Shown here piece by piece: positions 55,912-64,000 of a stretch of DNA of 64,000 nucleotides; positions within the stretch are counted from its first letter, which is position 1, and every line of letters begins with the position of its first letter. Source of the stretch: an uncultured Planctomycetota bacterium (GTDB taxonomy: Bacteria > Planctomycetota > Planctomycetia > Isosphaerales > Isosphaeraceae); contig CAWJTV010000028.1 in assembly GCA_963845755.1 (NCBI GenBank), positions 288,001 to 352,000 of the forward strand, written 5' to 3'. Below the pieces are notes generated by a model. It saw only the letters and a list, made by a program, of their open reading frames with translations, was not told the DNA's origin and did not search any database. The position numbers and the translations under genes are program-made.

Positions 55912-57715
55912 TCAGTGTTTGTGTCGCTGCTCGGAGGGCCCGCCTTCCTCCTGGTCGAGGTTGCGCGGTGTTTACGAGGCAGACGTGCGAGAATGCCTGC
56001 GGGAAGTTACCGAGTAGTCGCTTCGCGCCGGGATCGTATTCCTCGGCGAGTAAACCGACGTCGTTGCGGATCGCCAGCAGTCGTTCGTAGATCTCCCGGG
56101 CCTCGTCGCGACGACCCTGGAGGGCCAGGTTGTCGGCCAGCCAGAACGTGCAGGGCAAGAACGCGCCCTCGCCCATAGGCAGGCCGTCGACATCCGCGTC
56201 CGAGTCGTACCGGCGGACGAATCCCCGGTCCACCAGGCGCTGCTCGATCGCGGCGACCGTTCCCTTCATGCGCGGATCGTCAGGCGGAAGGAAGCCAACC
56301 AAGGGAATCATCAACAGGCTGGCATCCAGGTGCGGCGAGCCATACGACTGAACGAACGAATTGAGCCCAGTGTCGAAGCCCTTCTCGCAGACTTCCTCAT
56401 GGATGGCCTTGCGAGCCGCCCGCCACGGATCGAGCCGATCGGTGGAGAGGCCGAACCGCTCCACCGATCGGATGGCGCGATCGAAGGCGACCCAGGCCAT
56501 AACCTTCGAGTGGACGAACGGGCGCCGGACGCCCCGCACTTCCCAGATCCCCTCATCGGGTTCCTTCCAGGCGGTCTCGAGGAAGTGCAGCAAGATCTGG
56601 CTCATCTGCCAGGCATCGTCGAGCTCTTTGAGGCCGTGACGGTGGGCCTGATAGAGGGCGTCGGCGACCTCCCCGTAGACATCGAGCTGAAACTGCCCGA
56701 AGGCGGCGTTGCCAACGCGCACCGGCTTCGAGCCTTCATAGCCGTCGAGCCATTCTACCTCCAGCTCGGTCAGCCTGCGCTCGCCGGCGAGGCCATACAT
56801 GATCTGGAGGTGCTCGGGCCGTCCCGCCACGGCGCGGAGAAGCCACTCGCGCCAGTCGCGGGCCTCGTCGAGGTACCCGGAGTTGACCAGTGCCAGCAGG
56901 GTGAAAGTCGCGTCGCGGAGCCAGCAGAAGCGGTAATCCCAGTTACGCACTCCGCCGATCTGTTCCGGCAACGAGGTGGTCGGCGCGGCGAGAACCCCAC
57001 CCGTCGGCGCATAGGTCAGCGCCTTGAGAGTCAGCAGCGAGCGGATGACGGCATCACTTTCCTTATTACACTGTCCGTGGCAACGGCTCGACCAATTGCG
57101 CCACCAGACATCAGCGTCGCGGATGATCTCATCCGCCTCGAGCCCGGCCGGGGCTCGTTCCGTTGAAGGGTGCCAGGCCAGGCTGAACGGTAACTTCTGA
57201 CCCTCCTGCACGGTGAAGTCGGCGACCGTGGTCATTCCCTCACCTTGGTGAGAGATCCGGGAACGGAGTCGAAGCTTGTCGGGACCGGCGATCGCCGACA
57301 CACCACCCTCCTCCCAAGACACCCAGGGGACGATCCAACCATAGTCGAATCGGATGATCAAATCCGACCGCATGGGAACTTCGCCGTGCAACCCCTCGAC
57401 CACCCGCGCCACGATGGGCATGGCCGAATCGATCGCCATGGCGTCTGTGACGCGAACCCGCCCCGTACTTGTGGCGAATTCCGTCTCCAGCACCAGGGAA
57501 CCTGGCCGATACCGGCGCCGGATGTCCTTGATCTTCACCTGGTCAGCCGGAGCGAGTTTCCAGCGGCCATTGTCGGGCGTGCCCAGCAAGGCCGCAAAGC
57601 ACGCCCCAGAATCGAACCGCGGGGCGCACAGCCAGTCGATCGAGCCCTCGCGGCTCACCAGCGCGGCCGTGCGACAATCGCCGATGATCGCGTAGTCTTC
57701 GATCTGCATCGCCAT
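55912..57715 (-). CDS. Glycoside hydrolase family 15 (trehalase/glucoamylase-like; frameshift ~55963)
   Basis: IEDYAIIGD, PTTSLPE, RNWDYRFCWLRD, QLDVYGE, GIWEVRG and LGNFPQAFSH. The corrected frame ends ..EQRHKH* at 55912. Confidence 0.9.
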
Positions 57716-57911
57716 GTGGCCTCAAGGGTATGTTCCAGCGTGGTCGGGGCGCGCTCGACTCGAGGGTGGGTTTCTAGAATCGATGTGCCGCAAATGGCGT
57801 TCCAATTAACCGGGACTCGACCGTACATTCTGGTGTGAGTGAGCGTCAACTGTTAACGTAGGCCGGGAAATGAGGTTTCGATCCGTCATCCAGAGCAAGA
57901 AGGACGGTTTC

Positions 57912-59259
57912 ATGACATTCGAACACGAAGGCTTTGGGATCCTCAGCGATTGCCTTCGAACCCTTGAGGAGGGGTTCGCCCGCCTCCCCGGATTTGCCAC
58001 GCCGCTCGATCTCCGGGCGCTCCGCGGGGTGTTGATGGAGGCGACCGAACGGATGAAAAAGAATTATCCCTATCACCATCCGCTCTATATCGGGCAGATG
58101 CTCAAGCCACCGCATCCTGTGGCCCGCCTCGCCTATACCCTGGCGATGTTCCTCAACCCGAACAACCACGCCCTCGACGGGGGGCGAGCCAGCTCGGTGA
58201 TGGAGAAGGAGGCCGTGGCCGGGATCGCGCGGATGTTCGGCTGGGAGGAGCATCTGGGCCATCTCTGCGGTGGTGGGACGATGGCCAATTTCGAGGCCCT
58301 CTGGATCGGAAGGGAGCTACGTCCCGGCCGGGCTGTCGCCGCGTCCGCCCAGGCCCATTACACGCACTCGCGACTCTCGGCGGTCCTCGGCGTTCCTTTC
58401 CGGAAAGTACCCGTTGACCCCGGAGGAAGGATGAACGTGAAGGCGCTGGAGGAGGCACTCGACGGCGGCGAGATCGGAACGGTCGTCGTGACGCTCGGCA
58501 CGACGGCTGCCGGGACGATCGATCCGCTCCCCGAGGTGCTCGCCCTGCGCGAACGCTACGACTTCCGCATCCACGTCGACGCCGCGTACGGCGGGTATTT
58601 CACGCTGGCGACGAACCTTGGACAAGAATCAAGGACCGCGTTCGACCATGTCTTTGAGGCGGATTCGATCGTCATCGATCCGCACAAGCATGGGCTTCAG
58701 CCTTACGGATGTGGATGCGTCCTGTTCCGCGACCCGACCGTCGGTCGGTTCTACCGTCACGACTCGCCCTATACCTACTTCAGCTCGGCCGAGCTGCACC
58801 TTGGCGAGATCTCGCTCGAATGCTCGCGGGCCGGTGCCTCGGCCGTGGCGCTCTGGACGACGATGCGGCTTCTGACTCTTCAACCCGGTGGGACCTTCGC
58901 GCAGGGGCTCGAATCCTGCCGCGACGCGGCCCTAATGCTCCACCAGTCGATCCAGGAGGACCATCGCTTCGTCGCGCTCATGCCGCCCGAGCTCGACATC
59001 GTGGTGTGGGCCGTGCGTGCCGAGACGGCGAGCGAGTCCTCGGCGCGGGCCCGGCGGATCTTCGACGCCGCCGCCGAGAACGACCTTCACCTGGCGCTCG
59101 CCAGCTTCCCGCGCGTCATGCTCGCATCCTCGAACCCCGTTTCCATTTGGGATGTCGATGAGATCGTGTGCCTGCGTGCCTGTGCCATGAAGCCCGAACA
59201 TCGAGAGTGGATACCGGAAATCCTGAAAGCGCCTTCGCAATGCCGCGGATCAGTCCTGA
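57912..59259 (+). CDS. PLP-dependent group II decarboxylase (probable frameshift ~59227)
   Basis: GGTMAN, HYTH, GTTAAG, HVDAAYGG, DPHK (PLP lysine) and LECSR. Confidence 0.85.
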
Positions 59260-59360
59260 ATCCGGAGGGGGATCCCTTGCCGGTGACTTCCCCACTTGCT
59301 GCGAAAATCGCATGATAGACGATGCGCTTCGACGGCCTGAACCTTCACACGGGAGAGATC

Positions 59361-61681
59361 ATGATCGCGCTCTTGTTCGGGATCGCCACCGCCCTGACCA
59401 TCGCCAGTCCGTTCAACCGAGACTCTCTGGTGGGACCGCGCATGTCGAGACGTCGCTCGACCGCGACCCCTCGCACAAGAAAGCTTGGGTCCGCCTGCTC
59501 GAGGAATGCCGCCCGGAGCACAGGGCCGGGCTCGCCTACCTGTTGAGATATCTGCCCGCGCGCGATCTTGAGAGGCTGCCCCCCGAGTCGGTCGCGGCGA
59601 ACGTTGTGCTGGCCTACCGGGCGCGCGGCGAGGTCGCCTGGGGCGCCGGGTTGCCGGAGGACGTCTTCCTCGATTCCGTCCTGCCGCATGTCAGCGTCAC
59701 CGAGCCCAGACAGTCGATGCGGTCCGAGTTCCATGACCGATACGTGTCACTGATCAAGGACTGTCCGAGGCCCGGTCAGGCCGCGTTGAAACTGAATAAG
59801 GCGCTGTTTCGCGATTACAAGGTCGGCTACAACACCCGGCGGCTTCGCACCGACCAGTGCTCGAAGGAGTCGATCGCGCAGGGAATGGCGACGTGCACAG
59901 GGCTCTCGATCATGCTGGTCGAGGCCTGCCGTTCTGTAGGGGTGCCGGCGCGGTTGGCGGGAATCGCGTCGTGGCCGGGTCGGGGTGGGAACCATACGTG
60001 GGTCGAGATCTGGGACGATGGCTGGCACTTCGTCGGTGCCGCCGAGCCTGTACGAGCAAGGGCTCGACCACGGGTGGTTCGTCGGCGACGCCGCTAAGGC
60101 GATCAAGGGCTCGGCCCAGAGCGCCATTTACGCGGTCACCTACCGAACTACAGGCGCGTATTTCCCGATGGTCTGGAGCCAGTCTACCCGCGTGCCTGGC
60201 GAGGACGTGACCGATCGTTACGTGCGCAGACCCAGTCCGGCCCCGCCGCACCCCCGCCTGATGGTGGAGGTTCGCCGCGGCGGCGGGCGCGTCGAAGCCG
60301 AGGTCATGACACTCGACCGTGCGACCGGCAACAAGCGAGAGATCGGGGCGAGCCTCGGTCCGCGCGCCGACATCAATCGCCATCTGACCTGCGAGGCGCC
60401 GCTCGGTGGAACTCTCCTCGTGGTTGCCCGCAAGGGAGAAGATACCGCCGTGCACGCCGCCACCGTGGGGACGGACACGCTGGTTCGTATCGACCTCGAC
60501 CGGGCGGTCCCGGAAGAGACGCGGACCGAGCTGACCCGGGTTCTCGCCGACCGATTCGGCACGGACCAGACCAAGCGGGAGACAGCCCGTAAGCTCCTGT
60601 CCGAGTTGCCCTGGGACGATTCGATGCGAGCCATGGCCTGGGCGGCCTACAAGGCATCGCCTACCCATGAACCCCTGCGGAAAGAATATGAGGCGAAGAC
60701 CGTCGCCACCAAGGATCGGAAAAGCCCTTACTTGTGGCGGCACATCGGCGACAAACCGGCCGACGGCTGGGCGTTGGTCATCGCGATGCACGGCGGCGGC
60801 GGTGCGCCGGCGCGAGTCAACGACCAGCAATGGCGCGGCATGTTCGATCGCTATTACAAGCCGCATCCTGAGGCCGGCGGTTACGTCTACCTGGCCCTCC
60901 GCGCGCCGAACAACGAGTGGAACGGTTTCTACGACGATGCAATCTGCCCCCTGGTCGAGCGATTGATCCGCCAATTCGTCCTTTTCGGCGAGGTCAACCC
61001 GGATCGGGTCTACATCCTGGCGCATCGCATGGCGGTTACGGAGCATTCGTGATCGGTCCGAAGATGCCCGACCGGTTCGCCGCGATCCATGCCTCGGCCG
61101 CGGCGGCGACTCCGGATGAGACGCATGGTGAGAACCTCCGCGACGTCCGTTTCACGGTCATGGTCGGCGACAAGGATACGGCCTACGGTCGCGCCGACCG
61201 TTGCCGCGCGTTTAGCAAGGAGCTCGAGGTCTGGAAGGCCCGTTACGGCGGCTATCCCGGCGAAGTCGCCTTACTGAACGGTGTGGGCCATTCGGTCCCG
61301 GACCGCGACATGGTCGCGACCATGCTCAAGTCGGGCACCCGGTCCCCGCACCCGGATCGGATCGTCTGGTCCCAATCGGACAACGTCCTCAAGCACTTCT
61401 ACTGGATCGAGGCGACCCATCCCGACCCTTCAGGCCGGATCGAGGTATCGGTGCGCGACAACACGATCACCCTGAAGACCGACCATCAAGATGAGATTGC
61501 CCTCTGGCTCGACGCCCCTCTTGTGAACCTGGCTCGCCCGGTGACCATCGAGATGGACAGCGGCCATCGTCAGGTCCTCAAGGCCCGACTCAAGCCGGAA
61601 ACGTTCTGCGAAGGGCTCGAACAACGCGGCGACCCGAAACTCGCGGCCCCGGCACGGGTCACCGTGAACCTGCAGCGCTGA
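59361..61681 (+). CDS. Exported transglutaminase-like + alpha/beta-hydrolase fusion (frameshifts ~59440, ~60047, ~61020)
   Basis: Signal peptide; ATCTGLSI..VPARLAG..NHTWVEIWD (transglutaminase-like); MHGGG, (G)ASHGGYG and GVGHS (hydrolase). Confidence 0.75.
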
Positions 61682-63128
61682 GCCTAGTCCGATACCCGAC
61701 GACGCACATTGTGGAAGATCTTGGAGAACGGTGCGCATGACCGCGAAAGTGACACTGCTCGAGCGCTGCCGGAGCCGCAGGAGCCGGCTCGATCCCACTC
61801 GAGACAATCATCGACGCCAAACTCGCCCTTGACATCGAGTCAAGGCTCCGGGGCGCGAGTCGAGGCACTGGCGGAGACGGCCGACTTGCACGAGAATCAT
61901 CTCGACGGTAGGCCCGTCCCCGTGGGTGGGCCAAGATCCGCCAGGCTCGTGCCTCGTCGGAGTGTCCCATCCGCTCGCGTAGAGTGGCCATGCGCGCGCA
62001 GAATCCGGGGTGGCGAGCGTCGTCATCGTCGCGTCCGGTCTCAGCGTCCTCAAGGGCCGCACGCACCTGCTTGAACGCCTCCCGATGGATCAGGACGATC
62101 TGGTCGTAGCGTGCCGCTTCCTCGGTCTGACCGGCGAGGCGCAGGGCGCATCTCAGGCGGTAGCCCACGATCGGATCGGGCTCGAATTCCCAGGCCCGTC
62201 GATAAGCCTGGGCGGCCTCGGCCCACCGCCCGGCTTGTTGTTCCACCCAGCCCCTATGCTTGGCGAAGCGAGGGTCGGCGGTCATCTCCTGGGGCACTTT
62301 CGCGAAGTTGTCGGCGAGATCCGAATCCTCGTGCGAGATCTCCAGGCCCTTCAGTAGCCCATCCCAGGCCATCGGATCGTTCGGATGGCGTTCCACGGCC
62401 TGTCGCAGAATTCGCCCCGCTTCCTGGCGGCGACTCACATAAGCCAGCGCCAGCCCGCATGCGACCATCGTGGGGAGGTTCGCCCCGCCTCGTTGAACCA
62501 CGCCCTCGAAGCGATTCACGATCGACCACGGTTCCGGCGGGTCCACCTCGAGTCGGGCGAGTCTCAAGAGTAACCGGACACGCTCGCGCGGATCGCTCGC
62601 GCGGTCGAACTGCCTGAGGGCTATTGCGCGAGCCTCGGCCGACCGGCCCTGGAGGGTGTAGAGGTCGATGAGCCGCCTTCCCGCTTCCAGAGCGGACGGA
62701 TCCAACTGGAGTGCTTCGTCCCAGCATATCTCGGACCGATCGTATTGCGACATCAGACTGTGGGCTTTACCCCTATCGATCAGGACCCAGGCGGCAACTG
62801 CGGGCGAAACGGCTCGAATCCGCTCGAGCCGTCCCAGCGCCTTCTCCGGCTCGGGTCTGGGCCGCGCCAGCGCCAGCTCAGCCATCACCAGCAACCCACG
62901 CGCGTCGTCGGGCGACAGTCTGAGATAGGCCTCGCCTCGGACCTCTGCCTCCTCGATCCGACCAGCCTTCGCCAGGGCACACACTTCCTCGAACGTCGGC
63001 CGTGGCCAGAGTATATTGGCGATAACCAAAGAGATTCCCGCGACCAGAGGGACGACGGTCGCGATCGCCAAGATCGTCCTTTGACGCCGCAACTGCGTCC
63101 GACTGGTAAAACCTCGCATCTCGACCAT
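61659..63128 (-). CDS. Membrane-anchored TPR protein (3' end uncertain, possibly ~61897)
   Basis: One TM segment followed by TPR-like helices (WDEALQLDP, LRQAVERHP, YRRAWEFEP). The tail looks off-frame. Confidence 0.75.
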   Translation of the reverse strand: MVEMRGFTSRTQLRRQRTILAIATVVPLVAGISLVIANILWPRPTFEEVCALAKAGRIEEAEVRGEAYLRLSPDDARGLLVMAELALARPRPEPEKALGRLERIRAVSPAVAAWVLIDRGKAHSLMSQYDRSEICWDEALQLDPSALEAGRRLIDLYTLQGRSAEARAIALRQFDRASDPRERVRLLLRLARLEVDPPEPWSIVNRFEGVVQRGGANLPTMVACGLALAYVSRRQEAGRILRQAVERHPNDPMAWDGLLKGLEISHEDSDLADNFAKVPQEMTADPRFAKHRGWVEQQAGRWAEAAQAYRRAWEFEPDPIVGYRLRCALRLAGQTEEAARYDQIVLIHREAFKQVRAALEDAETGRDDDDARHPGFCARMATLRERMGHSDEARAWRILAHPRGRAYRRDDSRASRPSPPVPRLAPRSLDSMSRASLASMIVSSGIEPAPAAPAALEQCHFRGHAHRSPRSSTMCVVGYRTRLSAAGSR

Positions 63129-63586
63129 TGACTGTTGACCTTTACCGAGAGCCATGCTCCTCAGGCTTCAAACGAAGAGGGCGACTGGGTCCGAGTATTC
63201 GAGGTCCTTCTCGTCCTTCGTGTCGGAGCCTCTCAGGCTATCCGATCCCCACTCACCATCGCAACACAACGATATCTTTTAGACAGGATCGGGAGCCGAT
63301 GTACCTCAAGAGCATCATTTCTAAAAACGACACGAAATCGCATATATATCAGCTCGTAATTGAATTGTGCGCGAACTACCCCCTTTCGCTTTGATAAGCA
63401 ACATGATAGGTTCTAGCCGCTTGTGCGCGGATCGTGGCTTCTCTTGGTGATACGACGCTCGTGTTCTGTCTCATGGACGACTGCGGCCCACCTCTCTCTC
63501 GTCGCAGTCTGATGCTGAGCAATCGTCTCGGATCGTGTCTCTCGGCCTCTCTTCTACTCATCTTCTATCTGACGAGGGAGCCTCCT

Positions 63587-64000
63587 ATGCGTAGACGAGC
63601 CTTCACTCTGATCGAGCTACTGGTGGTCATCGCGATCATCGCCGTATTGATCGCCCTGTTGTTGCCGGCCGTCCAGGCGGCGCGCGAGGCTGCTCGCCGC
63701 GCCCAGTGCGTCAACAACATCAAACAGATCGTCCTGGCCTGTTTCAACTACGAGAACCAGATCGGCAGCTTCCCGCCCGACTCGATCGCCGACGACCAAT
63801 GGAACGGCACCTGGTGGGCCTGGCCGTCGATGATCCTGTCTCAGATGGAGCAGGCGCCGATCTACAACGGCATCAACTTCTCCTGGAGCTGCTGCAACCC
63901 CAGGAACCAGACGGCCTACCTGACCCTCATCTCCAGCTACTTCTGCCCGACCGATGACTCGTTCAAACTCTACAGCGACCGGGTGTACATCGATGTCAAC
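63587..64000 (+). CDS. DUF1559 prepilin-type N-terminal cleavage/methylation protein (partial)
   Basis: [52 protein letters not shown]. Runs off the window, so it is absent from the ORF track. Confidence 0.95.
   Translation, partial: MRRRAFTLIELLVVIAIIAVLIALLLPAVQAAREAARRAQCVNNIKQIVLACFNYENQIGSFPPDSIADDQWNGTWWAWPSMILSQMEQAPIYNGINFSWSCCNPRNQTAYLTLISSYFCPTDDSFKLYSDRVYIDVN

Noticed and set aside
55790..55914. Apparent tail-to-tail overlap of GH15 with pntB
   Set aside because: It is produced by the frameshift at ~55963; the corrected GH15 frame stops at 55912.

Overview
High-GC chromosomal segment that reads as Planctomycetota, probably Isosphaeraceae-like. The assignment rests on DUF1549/DUF1553 and DUF1559 prepilin-type genes, an LExLExRxLL extracellular motif, a DMG-type Ser/Thr kinase and a LexA with SPNGVMCHL. 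About 43 genes can be supported. Housekeeping and core genes include hrpB, rnhA, lexA, accD, split pntA + pntB, aas, a dacA-like gene and a two-component pair; many envelope or secreted proteins are also present. About 25 small frameshifts interrupt otherwise intact genes, including core ones, which points to long-read consensus error rather than gene decay. I saw no rRNA, tRNA, CRISPR array, transposase or prophage, and no complete multi-gene defence-type system. The best leads are: (1) a YddA/BacA-type ABC half-transporter with all five ATPase motifs substituted while the frame and spacing are kept, coupled to a small unknown ORF; (2) an unidentified ~130-nt structured RNA with its own sigma70-like promoter at 41.3-41.45 kb; (3) a histidine-phosphatase homologue lacking both catalytic histidines directly upstream of accD; (4) a membrane-anchored HTH protein with a long acidic repeat linker; (5) heptamer-based inverted repeats and a GGAG REP-like doublet in intergenic gaps. 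All family calls come from reading motifs by eye; no database searches were run.
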